Virus record (IMG/VR): IMGVR_UViG_3300006055_000001
From: an uncultured virus (IMG/VR IMGVR_UViG_3300006055_000001)
Lineage: Duplodnaviria; Heunggongvirae; Uroviricota; Caudoviricetes
Length of the DNA: 64,000 bases
Direction: 5' to 3' (one strand)
Numbering within the stretch: position 1 is the stretch's first letter; the number at the start of each line of letters is the position of its first letter. The position numbers were made by a program, and so were the translations under genes. Positions 55,322 to 64,000 of this stretch are shown one piece after another. The notes beneath the pieces were generated by a model that made no database searches, was not told the origin of the DNA, and saw only the letters and a list, made by a program, of their open reading frames with translations.

Positions 55322-55650
55322 GATTGGTTCTCCTTCGGCAGCGAGCAGACGGCTGCGGCGAGATTGAGAGCACGACCTTCTTTTGAAAGAAATCGTCCAC
55401 GCGCGAATAGATCACACCAAGCTGCATAATTGCCACTGTCAACCACGAAGTTCGCCATCGCCAGCGCAGCGGCGGGGTCGCCGAGGGGCGGGCAGGGATT
55501 TTTCTGCGGAATTGAAAAACCACATTTTTTACAGTATGGCCGATAAGGTTCGCGTTTTTGTGGGTCGTAGAAATCGCCATCACACACCTGTCTGCGCTTC
55601 CACACTCCCACGCGTTCGCACGCCTCTTCCCAAGTCTCTTCGTTGTTCAT
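55318..55650 (-). CDS. hypothetical protein
   Basis: MNNEETWEEAC...; CKKC. Confidence 0.55.
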   Translation of the reverse strand: MNNEETWEEACERVGVWKRRQVCDGDFYDPQKREPYRPYCKKCGFSIPQKNPCPPLGDPAAALAMANFVVDSGNYAAWCDLFARGRFLSKEGRALNLAAAVCSLPKENQS

Positions 55651-55723
55651 ACAGCAAACGCCGCGCATCCGATGCCGAAAGATGCCAGGGCGATGCCTAT
55701 CAGATCGTAAGTTGTTAGATTCA

Positions 55724-55990
55724 TCAATCTTTCTCCGCGAGCCACTCGACGGCGGGCGTGTAGGCGACGCCATAATCAGCCTCGGTGTAGCAGCGCTCAA
55801 TAATTTCGCGCGCTTCGCCGAGGCGCTTCTTCGCCGCTTCAAACTTAACATTCAGCGCCTTGTACTCACTTGCTAACAACGAACCCGCCTCCACAATTGC
55901 AACGGTTCGCCGCTCAGCCTCTTCGAGCTTAGTTCTAAGAACGTCACACTCGGATTCAGCACGAACCCAGGGCTCAGGTCGGAGACTCAT
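55724..55990 (-). CDS. coiled-coil hypothetical protein
   Basis: ATGA overlap. Confidence 0.6.
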   Translation of the reverse strand: MSLRPEPWVRAESECDVLRTKLEEAERRTVAIVEAGSLLASEYKALNVKFEAAKKRLGEAREIIERCYTEADYGVAYTPAVEWLAEKD

Positions 55991-56415
55991 GATTGGGCCT
56001 CGTCGTCGTCTGCGAGCAGGTCATTTAGATGCTTCGCAGCGCCAGTTTGTGGACACTGCGCGATACCGATCCGCAGCTCCGCTATTCTCGCCAGCAGCGC
56101 ATCAATAGCGTCGGCGAGCGGAGCAAGTTTGTGATCGCATTTGAAGTCAGTATCATGCCGGCGCGCATCATCGGCGAGCTCCCGGTCTGCGGTGTGGTCG
56201 TCATTGCGTTGGCGAGCGCGATCCTCCTTCCAAGCGACGACATCGCCACAGATTTTGCAGGTGATGGTGATTGGTTGCTCAACTTCATCACACAGCCGGT
56301 CGATGGCGTCGGCAAGGGGGATAATCTCGTCTTTGTCGAGCGGGTTCTCGTCGAAAATTCGTAGTCGCGCGTCTTTCGCGAGCGCCCGGTCTGCGGCGTG
56401 ATTGTTAGTCTGCAT
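55987..56415 (-). CDS. hypothetical protein with internal duplication
   Basis: H.ADR.LA.DAR...PLADAID.L occurs twice. Confidence 0.65.
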   Translation of the reverse strand: MQTNNHAADRALAKDARLRIFDENPLDKDEIIPLADAIDRLCDEVEQPITITCKICGDVVAWKEDRARQRNDDHTADRELADDARRHDTDFKCDHKLAPLADAIDALLARIAELRIGIAQCPQTGAAKHLNDLLADDDEAQS

Positions 56416-56418
56416 CGG

Positions 56419-56685
56419 TTACTCCTGCGCCTTGTCGTCGGCTGCGAGGGCGTCTTCGATTAACACCGGCTCATAGATGCCGCGACTGAGTAGGTCGTGC
56501 AAAGCATCTCGCAGCGCCGCTATTCTCGCCAGCAGCTTTGGCGTCTCGTTGCAGGCGACAATTAGGTACAGCGAATCAACATCGTCATAATTGGTGTTTA
56601 CTAAGTCACATTGCCAAGGTAGAGGCAACACCGTAGCCTTCTCTGCGAGTGCTTTCAGGTCGGCGTCTTTCATCGCCTTCTCCAT
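56419..56685 (-). CDS. hypothetical protein
   Basis: Paralog of 55094-55321. Confidence 0.65.
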   Translation of the reverse strand: MEKAMKDADLKALAEKATVLPLPWQCDLVNTNYDDVDSLYLIVACNETPKLLARIAALRDALHDLLSRGIYEPVLIEDALAADDKAQE

Positions 56686-56981
56686 ACTGCAGCCAACTTC
56701 CCGCTGGCATTCGGCCTTCTATCGCCGGTATCGATGATAAGTCCCAGATGCGCCAATTCAGTCAGGCGCGGCCGGATTGCCAGCCGGTCTATGCTTAGGT
56801 ATGCCGCGATCTCATCCGCCGTCATGTCATGGTCGGCCAAGGCTTCTAGCACAAGGCGCTGGAGGCTTAACCCAGAGACGACCTGCGGCATCGCCGCCTT
56901 ACTCGTATCCGTGGTCGCGTGGCGGCGCGTCAGGAGCGGCAACTGAGGCGTCGAGACAGGCTTTTGCCAGCGGCGGGTCAT
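56670..56981 (-). CDS. winged-helix DNA-binding protein
   Basis: MTADEIAAYL...IRPRLTEL..LGLIIDTGDRR. Confidence 0.75.
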   Translation of the reverse strand: MTRRWQKPVSTPQLPLLTRRHATTDTSKAAMPQVVSGLSLQRLVLEALADHDMTADEIAAYLSIDRLAIRPRLTELAHLGLIIDTGDRRPNASGKLAAVWRRR

Positions 56982-57268
56982 GCGTTGGGCTCATATTTCG
57001 GACAACGGCAATCCTCACCATAAAAACAAGCCCCATAAGGATCGGGATCGCCGTGAAAGCCGCCCGCGTGACCGCATAGACAAAGCATGCCTCCTTGTGC
57101 CCTTTCCTTGACTGCGCATTTCTTGCAAACATCTTCGCGCGCGCCATCAGGCTGTTGGTGGCATTCGGCTGCCGTTAAGTCGCGAAAGCACAAGCAGCAA
57201 ACCAAGCAACGGTGCTCGCTTTGCTTCCTGCCGTGAAACGCGCAAACCGGATCAGGGTGCCAGGTCAT
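56978..57268 (-). CDS. Cys/His-rich putative Zn-binding protein
   Basis: Many CxxC/CxC/H motifs. Confidence 0.6.
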   Translation of the reverse strand: MTWHPDPVCAFHGRKQSEHRCLVCCLCFRDLTAAECHQQPDGAREDVCKKCAVKERAQGGMLCLCGHAGGFHGDPDPYGACFYGEDCRCPKYEPNA

Positions 57269-57384
57269 CTCGACCTCCAGACAACCCAGCCCCAGCGTAA
57301 CGAAAATTCCAGGACCATGCCGGCGCAGGCTACCAAGCCGATGATGGCCAGATCGCGGACGACGGTGGTAAGGACGAGGACCAT
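57265..57384 (-). CDS. small membrane peptide
   Basis: 39 aa hydrophobic ORF coupled on both sides. Confidence 0.4.
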   Translation of the reverse strand: MVLVLTTVVRDLAIIGLVACAGMVLEFSLRWGWVVWRSR

Positions 57385-57653
57385 TATGGCTTGTCTCCCC
57401 CGCAGACTAGTTTCGCGGCCTCATGCTCGACTTCCAAGGCGGCGATTCGGCCGGCGTAGAACCGGGCGCGCTCGAGCTGGCCCAGTACGACACAACAGGC
57501 GCATCTAAATTCGTAGCGCAGCGGTCCCTTGAACAAGCTCCAAATTTCCGTAGCCGGGTGCTGTCCGCAGGCGGCGCAAGGGCCGGTCGGGCGATACATC
57601 GCGAAATCATCAGTTTCGCCGGTCTCCTGATTTACGATGTCAGCCATCTTCAA
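57384..57653 (-). CDS. hypothetical protein
   Basis: CAAC...CACC. Confidence 0.55.
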   Translation of the reverse strand: MKMADIVNQETGETDDFAMYRPTGPCAACGQHPATEIWSLFKGPLRYEFRCACCVVLGQLERARFYAGRIAALEVEHEAAKLVCGGDKP

Positions 57654-58531
57654 TCCTGCCCAGGCTCCCGCGCGCCGTCCTGGAAGGTATCGGCGGGGTC
57701 AGGATCCTGCGTCTCTTCGCCACGGCCCATCGTGAGCAGTTCTCCCATGAGGGTCGCGTAGCCCGCTGCCTTCAGCTCTGCCCCGCGCTTGGCTCCAGCC
57801 GCATCTAGTCTCGTCGCGATCCACGCCTTGGCATCGTCTACACCTAACTTTGACTTTGCGGCGGCGACTAGCGCCCTCCACTGCTCAGGGGTGATGGTAT
57901 CTGTGGGCTGTTGGCGGTCGCCGGCAGGCATCTCCGTCGCGGGCGTTTCTGCTTGCGACATTTCCTCTGCCGAATAGAGACCCGACAGCTCGGCCGGGAA
58001 TCCCTTGCGGAGCGATAGCATCTCGGCGCATTTGGCGAGCATCAGGGCGCCCATCTTGAGCCACATTGAGGTCGGCGCACCGTCCCGCTTTTTCTGGCAG
58101 TAGGCGTCCCATGTCGCCACTGACCAGAGCGGTTCCTTGAAATCGGAGCGCAGGATAGCGACCTTGGCGGCGACCGGATGTTCAGCCGCTAGCCAGACAT
58201 CGACCCATTCCTTGCCGTCGCCGGTCCAGAGAGGTCCGACCTGTCCTGCGTACTTGCCGCTGCGTTCGGCAACCAGGCGCGCGCCGTCGATTGACACCTG
58301 GGTCTGCATAACCTCGCGCTGCTGAGTCGAGTCCCATCGCTTGATTGCGTAAATCTGGCGCGCGAAGGGATCGAGCTGTGTTCGGTTGCATATCGAGATA
58401 AAGAGCTGAAGTTCGTCATTCGTCGCGCCTTTTGCGATCGTGCGCTTGATGAGTTCCACCTGATCGTGGCCGAGCAACCTTCCGGGCTCGACGTGATTGT
58501 GGCCGAGCGTTGCGAGTGCGTTACTTTCCAT
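57650..58531 (-). CDS. bet: phage single-strand annealing recombinase (Bet/RecT family)
   Basis: LDPFARQIY, QVSIDG.R..AERSG.YAG, MLAKCAE...LRKGFP..LSGLY..EEM. Confidence 0.92.
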   Translation of the reverse strand: MESNALATLGHNHVEPGRLLGHDQVELIKRTIAKGATNDELQLFISICNRTQLDPFARQIYAIKRWDSTQQREVMQTQVSIDGARLVAERSGKYAGQVGPLWTGDGKEWVDVWLAAEHPVAAKVAILRSDFKEPLWSVATWDAYCQKKRDGAPTSMWLKMGALMLAKCAEMLSLRKGFPAELSGLYSAEEMSQAETPATEMPAGDRQQPTDTITPEQWRALVAAAKSKLGVDDAKAWIATRLDAAGAKRGAELKAAGYATLMGELLTMGRGEETQDPDPADTFQDGAREPGQD

Positions 58532-58728
58532 TAGCTTTCCCTCTTGGCCTTTGCCAGCCGATAGATTGAGCGCATTTCTTGATCAGTTATTTCGTCGCGC
58601 GTGTTTGAGACGGGTCCGTCAGCAGCCGCACAGCGATTGTCAACAATTTCAATAATTTCCGCGATTAGCGCCAGTCGTGCGAGCGCATGCCCTAAATCCT
58701 CGGTCAGATAATCAAGCTTCGTTTTCAT
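58531..58728 (-). CDS. hypothetical protein
   Basis: IIEIVDNRCAAADGPV. Confidence 0.6.
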   Translation of the reverse strand: MKTKLDYLTEDLGHALARLALIAEIIEIVDNRCAAADGPVSNTRDEITDQEMRSIYRLAKAKRES

Positions 58729-58945
58729 CGGCCTGCTCTACATAAGCTCCGGGCTTGCATGTCTCCCAGCCGCCGTCATGATGGTCAGTGTGGCAATTGT
58801 CGCACCACGCCCGATGTCCTTCACAGACCGGGCACTGATGCAGATTCATTCGATTGCCGGGACCAAGCGCGAGAATATCCGCATCGCCGCGCTGGAACTT
58901 TTGGCATGGCTGGTCACCGGTGGCAAAACGCAAGCTAGGTTTCAT
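58712..58945 (-). CDS. Zn-finger-like hypothetical protein
   Basis: CPVC...CDNC.DHH. Confidence 0.6.
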   Translation of the reverse strand: MKPSLRFATGDQPCQKFQRGDADILALGPGNRMNLHQCPVCEGHRAWCDNCHTDHHDGGWETCKPGAYVEQADENEA

Positions 58946-59300
58946 CGCTTTTCTCCTCCTTCGATTTGAGAATTGAATCGTAAAGCTCGGGTGAGCGGCC
59001 TAGATGCCGATTCCACGCCTCGAGGTCGCGCTGATTGCATGGCTGGCACCTGTCATCCCAGCCACGGTCCCGACGGCGCTGGTGCATCTCGGGCTCGTGC
59101 GGATTGGCGCAGGCGAACAGGGTACCGCAGTCGGTACAAGTGCTGTCGTGGGTGAGGGCTGTGTTGGCGGGAGGCCGATTCCCCGCCGGCTCGGAAGGGG
59201 AGGAATTTTCCGAGGTTACTGACTCAGCCCCAGTCGCCGCAGGGGAGGAGGCCTGCGGCTTGGGGGTCGGCGGAGTCTTGCGCGCCTTGATCATTCCCAT
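58935..59300 (-). CDS. Zn-ribbon-like hypothetical protein
   Basis: CTDCG.LF...RCQPC. Confidence 0.55.
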   Translation of the reverse strand: MGMIKARKTPPTPKPQASSPAATGAESVTSENSSPSEPAGNRPPANTALTHDSTCTDCGTLFACANPHEPEMHQRRRDRGWDDRCQPCNQRDLEAWNRHLGRSPELYDSILKSKEEKSDET

Positions 59301-59303
59301 TTC

Positions 59304-59708
59304 CTATGCTTCCAGTTGAATCCGTATTTTCCCAATGCCGTTGTGCCGCCCAGGGATTGGCATCAGGCCCTTTCCTTCCGCGATCCACGCGCGAACATTT
59401 ACGGAAGGCCAGCCCAACTCCGCGCAAATATCTGTGAAGCTAAAGCCGCACCCGGACGCATCGGACGCCAGCCATTCGACCGCCTCCTTGAGCGCAAGTC
59501 GCCAGCCGCGCTCCTTGACGCCGCCACCTTGCGCAACAGCAATCGCGTCGGCTAACACAGCGAACTTCAGGCGTCGTTCGCCGCACGGTTCCGTCGGCGT
59601 ATTCATCGCCGCGTATTGAGCGGCAGTGATAATGTCGGGGAGGCTATCGGGGACCGGGTTATACTTACTCGTCCTGCCTGCTGAGAGGGCTTCGGGTATG
59701 GTGTTCAT
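59304..59708 (-). CDS. conserved hypothetical protein (paralog of 2688-3152)
   Basis: ITAAQY...ERRLKFAVLADAI...EAVEWLASD...FSFTDICAELG. Confidence 0.75.
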   Translation of the reverse strand: MNTIPEALSAGRTSKYNPVPDSLPDIITAAQYAAMNTPTEPCGERRLKFAVLADAIAVAQGGGVKERGWRLALKEAVEWLASDASGCGFSFTDICAELGWPSVNVRAWIAEGKGLMPIPGRHNGIGKIRIQLEA

Positions 59709-60145
59709 CTGTTCTCCTCATAGGGATTCTCGCGGACGAGGCGGCGCACCAGATCGTCGGCAGCATGCCTATCTGTCTCCCCGAAGCATGCGCACATCGA
59801 CACCAGCGCGTGGCAGACAGTGCAGGGATCGCCTATCTTGGAGACTGGCGCTCCTCGGCGCAGAAGTTCCGCAACCTGTGCGGCGCACTTCTTGTTCTCC
59901 TCGACAAGCAGATTAACTTCGCGGACCAGTTGTCGATTCTTTAGATCGCGGTCTGCGACTATTCGATCGGCCTTGATGCCGTTCGAGGCAATCCGACACT
60001 CTTCCGAACAGCACCAGTCGCCCTCCACGTCGGGGAAGTCCTCACCGAGGCCATCGGACTCGCCATCGCACTCGAAAGTCGGCTGATGGTAGCGTCCGCA
60101 ACATTCGCCGCAGACAGGACAGTTAATTGGTTGTGGCTTCGCCAT
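59705..60145 (-). CDS. Cys-rich hypothetical protein
   Basis: CPVC, CCSEEC, CTVC. Confidence 0.6.
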   Translation of the reverse strand: MAKPQPINCPVCGECCGRYHQPTFECDGESDGLGEDFPDVEGDWCCSEECRIASNGIKADRIVADRDLKNRQLVREVNLLVEENKKCAAQVAELLRRGAPVSKIGDPCTVCHALVSMCACFGETDRHAADDLVRRLVRENPYEENR

Positions 60146-60431
60146 GATTGGCCTCCATCTCCTTGATTGCCCGCGCGCATTCCGCGCAGAGATATCGTCG
60201 CCTCGGCCTCACTATCCCGCTGATGTGCCAGTCGATCGGCGTGCCCTGCCGGCGCGAGATAGCGCCGACGCATCGGGCGCAGTCTGTGTCGCGAGCGTTG
60301 GCCGAGCCGGTGTCGGCATGGCCGTCGAAGACGCGCACGCGGTGGTCAGACAGTTCGCGGTCGAATTGCCTTGTCGCAGCCTTGCGCATCGCGCCGCTAT
60401 TGGTTGGTTCGTTCATGCCTCTCTCCTCCAT
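60123..60431 (-). CDS. Zn-finger-like hypothetical protein
   Basis: CARC...LCAEC; first gene after the leftward promoter. Confidence 0.55.
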   Translation of the reverse strand: MEERGMNEPTNSGAMRKAATRQFDRELSDHRVRVFDGHADTGSANARDTDCARCVGAISRRQGTPIDWHISGIVRPRRRYLCAECARAIKEMEANHGEATTN

Positions 60432-60437
60432 GCGCCA

Positions 60438-60504
60438 TATATACCTCTCTGGGTGTCACCTGTCAAGGGGGTATTTGACAAGGGATGCGGCATGGGTTTA
60501 TAGT
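60438..60504. promoter_or_regulatory. back-to-back sigma70 promoters
   Basis: TTGACA on - (60461-60466) + 17 nt + TATATA; TTGACA on + (60475-60480) + 18 nt + TATAGT. Confidence 0.75.
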
Positions 60505-60513
60505 GGCGGCAAG

Positions 60514-60657
60514 ATGGGGATGGTGAAAAAGACGGTGATGGTTTTCCGGTGCTCGCGCTGCGGCCATGAGTGGGAGCCGAGAAACTTAGCCCGTGAGCCG
60601 CGCATCTGTCCTGCCTGCAAATCTGCGTACTGGAACGTGCCGCGAAAGAAGAAGTAA
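60514..60657 (+). CDS. 47-aa Zn-ribbon protein
   Basis: CSRCGHEW...PRICPACKSAYWN. Confidence 0.75.
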   Translation: MGMVKKTVMVFRCSRCGHEWEPRNLAREPRICPACKSAYWNVPRKKK

Positions 60658-60665
60658 TCACGCCG

Positions 60666-60845
60666 TCACCGCTCCGCGTAGGCTTCCCGGCCGATGGCGG
60701 CTTCGCTGGCCAGCGCGTGAATCGCAACGAGCGTCGGCCCCATTTGGCCGCGATTTTCTAGCGCATCGTTTGCTATCTCCGCGATGGCTCGCAACTCGCG
60801 CCGATACCAAGCCACTGATTTTTTCTTGCGCGCCTTTAGTTTCAC
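60666..60845 (-). CDS. hypothetical protein (59 aa)
   Basis: GTGA overlap with the loader gene. Confidence 0.45.
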   Translation of the reverse strand: MKLKARKKKSVAWYRRELRAIAEIANDALENRGQMGPTLVAIHALASEAAIGREAYAER

Positions 60846-61183
60846 GCCTTTCCCCCCTGCTGCTTCCCGATTCGCTCCGTCATTTCCTGCAGTGTCGCCT
60901 GCGCGAACGCTTTCTCGGCATCAGTCGGCTTGGGCTCTACCAGCGCGAGCCGGCGAGCTCGGCGCCGGCCGTCCAGGTACGCGGCCTGGTGGTAGATTTC
61001 ACCGGGGGTAGGCGCATCGGCGCGGCCGCTGTCGCGGAAGTCCCGCACGGTCTCGAGCGCGCCCCTGAAGCTCACCCGCGCGAGGCATTCAGCCCACTCA
61101 GCCTGCACCGCGTCGTCCGTCGGCTGGCGGGTCCAAATGGCCGATGCTTTGAGCAGGAGCAGTTTCGCTTCCGACGGTTCCAT
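60842..61183 (-). CDS. replicative helicase loader/inhibitor (G39P-like)
   Basis: Follows the initiator; EWAECL...APTPGEI. Confidence 0.65.
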   Translation of the reverse strand: MEPSEAKLLLLKASAIWTRQPTDDAVQAEWAECLARVSFRGALETVRDFRDSGRADAPTPGEIYHQAAYLDGRRRARRLALVEPKPTDAEKAFAQATLQEMTERIGKQQGGKA

Positions 61184-61931
61184 TTCCGGCCTCCTTGGCC
61201 TTATCGCGTTGAATTTGTTCGAACAATTGCTGACGGCCCGGACTGAGCCGCGGACCCGCAGGCGACGCCCGCCCATTCGCCGCCATCAACTCGTCCTCCC
61301 ATCTGCGCTGGTTCAGGTACGTCGTCGCGTGCGGAATTTTGTCATTCTCACGGCCGGCCCAATTCGCGGAGACCCGAAGGGGAACATCGGCGATTGCGCG
61401 GGCTTGGTCATCGGCTGAGAGCTTTTTGAAAGCAGCAACAGCCGTCTGCTTACCGTCCTTGCGCGGGTAAACCAGCCAGAATTTTAGGAATGATGCTGGA
61501 TAGACCTCTCTGGATTCTGGATCTAGGGAATGGATCTCTGGATTACTGGATTGCTTGATCTCTTGAGGTAGGATCGAGTTGATCACACCCGCATGATTAT
61601 GATCGTGCTCGCACGGAGGAATGACGCTTTGAGGCTCGTGGACATTCGGGCGCTGATGCTTGGAGAAATTCAGGACGGCGATAAAGCGGCAGCCGTCAAC
61701 CTCATACCGCGCCAAATACCCGGCGCCGGCGAGATCGTTCAACGCACAGTCAAGGTCGAGATTGGGATCGTATGGGAAGAGAACGGCATGCATCCGCTTC
61801 ACCCGGTCCTGGCAGCGGCCCTCTCGATCCACGTAGTTGAGCAAAGCGATCGCGACGAGGCGGGCGTCTCGCGACACGTCGGCTAGTTGTTCAGACTGCC
61901 AGAACTCGGGCTTTACAGTTCGAATCCGCAC
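61098..61931 (-). CDS. phage replication initiator
   Basis: RIRTVKPEFWQSE N-terminus; FWLVYPRK...PHATTYLNQRRWEDE C-terminus. Confidence 0.88.
   Translation of the reverse strand: MRIRTVKPEFWQSEQLADVSRDARLVAIALLNYVDREGRCQDRVKRMHAVLFPYDPNLDLDCALNDLAGAGYLARYEVDGCRFIAVLNFSKHQRPNVHEPQSVIPPCEHDHNHAGVINSILPQEIKQSSNPEIHSLDPESREVYPASFLKFWLVYPRKDGKQTAVAAFKKLSADDQARAIADVPLRVSANWAGRENDKIPHATTYLNQRRWEDELMAANGRASPAGPRLSPGRQQLFEQIQRDKAKEAGNGTVGSETAPAQSIGHLDPPADGRRGAG
61505..61585. repeat. iteron-like repeats, probable replication origin
   Basis: TGGAT at 61511, 61518, 61531, 61539, 61547 plus TTGAT/GGATC variants inside the initiator gene. Confidence 0.55.
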
Positions 61932-61961
61932 ACGCCCCTCCTCCGCTCTCCGCCCGTCGCT

Positions 61962-62390
61962 CTACGCGGCAGCAATCCTCACGACTTCCTCTGCCGTTAG
62001 GTGTCCCTCTGCCTTCCCCATCGCTTGCGCGACGCACCAAGCGATCTCTCCTTCTAATGTTCTAAAATTCTCGGTCGCCTGCTCCTTCGCCCACTTCGCG
62101 ACTTCGCCGCTCAGCGTAACGGAGACGGTGATCGAGCGGCCGCGCCGGCGCATGGCCTTGTCAGCCTTTGCGGGGCGCCCGCGTTTCGGCTTGCCGAGTT
62201 CGGGCACGGAGGCGTCGGGGGTTCTGTCAAATTCGCCAATCAGTTGGCCTGTCATGGGGTTTCTCCTTCGGTTGCGGAGTTCACGGATAATTAGTGGCAA
62301 TTCGGTGAGCGCCTCGCGGGCGACAACGCCGCGGTCGACGACGGAATCGTTCAGAAGGGACTCGAGGCGGTCGATGTTCGCGGGCTTCAT
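61962..62390 (-). CDS. putative DNA-binding protein (AT-hook plus Arc/RHH-like)
   Basis: KRGRPAK; ITVSVTLS...AKEQATENFRTLEGEI. Confidence 0.6.
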   Translation of the reverse strand: MKPANIDRLESLLNDSVVDRGVVAREALTELPLIIRELRNRRRNPMTGQLIGEFDRTPDASVPELGKPKRGRPAKADKAMRRRGRSITVSVTLSGEVAKWAKEQATENFRTLEGEIAWCVAQAMGKAEGHLTAEEVVRIAAA

Positions 62391-63127
62391 TCCGCCACCC
62401 CGAATTGCATCACGCTCTGCGCCAGCCTTTTAGCCGCGATCTCGCAGTAGCGTTCTTCGATCTCAATGCCGATGGCGCGACGGCCTAGATTTTTCGCGGC
62501 AACAAGTGTTGTGCCCGTTCCTGCGAACGGGTCAAGGACAGTACCCGAAAGAGGCAGCAGCAAATCCCGCATCAAGCTTAGGGGCTCTTGCGCCGGATGG
62601 CTGGCTCGCCCACCATTATCGACAAAGCGCTCGGTTGCCATGCAGCCAGCCTGAAGACTCTGTTTCGCAAACAGGCTGGACTGCCAACGCTGAGCTGCGG
62701 GATCCACGGTGCTCACCTTCCCGCCCCAAACGATAAATGAAACATCGCGGCGAGCGACCGGGCCTGGGATGGGCATTGGACGCGTATTGTGCCAAACGAA
62801 GACCGCGCGCAAAGTGCCCATCGCCTCAAGCACTTCTTTAAGTTCGATATACCCGCACATTACGAGCACGTCAGCGCGCGCAACGGCGTAAGCCAAGCGT
62901 ATCGCCTCAGCGTCGAAGTGCCCGATATCCCCATATTTAACGCCCGAACTCAGTACCAATGCGGGAGCAACACCTAGGCCGTCGCCCGGCCGTCTATGTA
63001 CAAACGGATGCGCAGTTGCGCGCCACGGTGGATCGGTAACAACTACGTCAGCCACTAAAGTCGGCAGAATCTCGCGGCAGTCGCCGCGGTAAATCGTGAT
63101 TCCGCCTTCGTCGTAGTACGGCTTCAC
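62387..63127 (-). CDS. DNA methyltransferase (N4C/N6A)
   Basis: GDCRE, DPPW, HPAQ, DPFAGTGTT, GIEIEERY. Confidence 0.9.
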   Translation of the reverse strand: MKPYYDEGGITIYRGDCREILPTLVADVVVTDPPWRATAHPFVHRRPGDGLGVAPALVLSSGVKYGDIGHFDAEAIRLAYAVARADVLVMCGYIELKEVLEAMGTLRAVFVWHNTRPMPIPGPVARRDVSFIVWGGKVSTVDPAAQRWQSSLFAKQSLQAGCMATERFVDNGGRASHPAQEPLSLMRDLLLPLSGTVLDPFAGTGTTLVAAKNLGRRAIGIEIEERYCEIAAKRLAQSVMQFGVAE

Positions 63128-63555
63128 GCTGCGCGCCTCACGACTTCGGGGCGGCAGGTCCGGCAGACGCGCCAGCCAGATTGAATGCGGGTGTTTTTAG
63201 GAGTTAGGAAGTGTCCGCGCCAACACACGAGTGCCATCCGATTGCGCTCGCGCGCGCGCAGCATGTTCTCTGATCGCGTGACCAGCTCGAGATGATCGGG
63301 GCAAATGCAGGGGCGACAGGAGCAGATGTGGTCAGGCTCAAATCCTTCAGGTATCGGGCCTCTCCACAGTTCATAGGCTACGCGGATCGCAGTCGTCGAA
63401 GTTCTGGACTCCTCGCCGTGCGCCCCAAAGTGAAGTACTCCATAACCATCCCCAGAGAGCGTTCCCTGATAAATCCAGCACCCGGTCGGCTCAACGACAA
63501 AGCGCGAGCAGAAGCCCTCGAGCATCCGGCTCGAAAGTCGGGCAGATAGGTTCAT
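63124..63555 (-). CDS. HNH endonuclease
   Basis: CWIYQG...GYG...DHIC..RPC..PDHL..VT..EN. Confidence 0.85.
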   Translation of the reverse strand: MNLSARLSSRMLEGFCSRFVVEPTGCWIYQGTLSGDGYGVLHFGAHGEESRTSTTAIRVAYELWRGPIPEGFEPDHICSCRPCICPDHLELVTRSENMLRARERNRMALVCWRGHFLTPKNTRIQSGWRVCRTCRPEVVRRAA

Positions 63556-64000
63556 GCCGCACTCTCCGTGGGGGAGAATGTAGCAAGCGGGCTGCCGTCA
63601 GAGAGATTGTTTGTGCTGGCTTGGGGTTGTTGAAATTGAGATCTATTCGGGGCTTGCGGTATTACGTAAACTAGAGTACATAGTTCTCCGTTGACCGTTG
63701 AACGAGTTTCGTCTTTGCTTCGCTTCTGTGGTGCGGTGGGGTTGTTGCCTAACAGACTGTTGCGATTTGCTAGCTGCGGGTTATCGGGAGATAACGCGCA
63801 TGAATGGATAGGCACGCCAGACATCGCGAATGGCAGGCTTGGAAGGCCCTGCATTGGCCGGTCTTTGCGGCTCTGGAAGCCGGAGACTTCGAACCTTATC
63901 AGCGATCGATGTTTGCTCGAATCGAGCAGGCCAACGAATCCCGCAAAGCTGCCTGCTTCTGCGTTTATTGCCACGCCCTTATGGCGGTCTCGGATTACGG

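Noticed and set aside
63552..63974. 140-aa minus-strand CDS
   Set aside because: No recognisable motifs and atypical composition; may be regulatory sequence or the end of a gene starting outside the window.
1..64000. Integrase, att sites, terminal repeats or host flanks
   Set aside because: None recognised, so prophage versus free phage cannot be decided from this window.

Overview
This window is nearly all of a tailed dsDNA phage or prophage with a non-contractile tail; no integrase or att site is visible. The + strand (1-55,058) carries a VRR-NUC nuclease, a lone Cas7/RAMP-like gene, an RNA ligase, a sigma70-region-4 HTH protein and a ParB-methyltransferase. These are followed by the packaging and head genes (terminase, portal, MuF, protease/scaffold, capsid), neck and tail genes with a tRNA-Thr, many signal-peptide-bearing adhesin-like genes, a lysis block and a GIY-YIG endonuclease. 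The - strand (55,094-63,555) carries early genes: Bet/RecT recombinase, replication initiator and helicase loader, a methyltransferase and an HNH nuclease. The main finding is at 1,019-2,552. The Cas7/RAMP-like gene is followed immediately by a ~200-nt non-coding array of 38-nt units, each an ACG followed by seven (ACN + variable NN) pentamers. This is not a CRISPR array and looks like a minimal phage-encoded RNA-guided system with a gapped code. Also notable are a terminator/antiterminator RNA switch present three times with compensatory base changes, a family of related late promoters (some leaderless), exported tail-region proteins beside a split GT-C-like gene, and an orphan alternative portal C-terminus. 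All assignments come from motif recognition by eye; no database searches were run.
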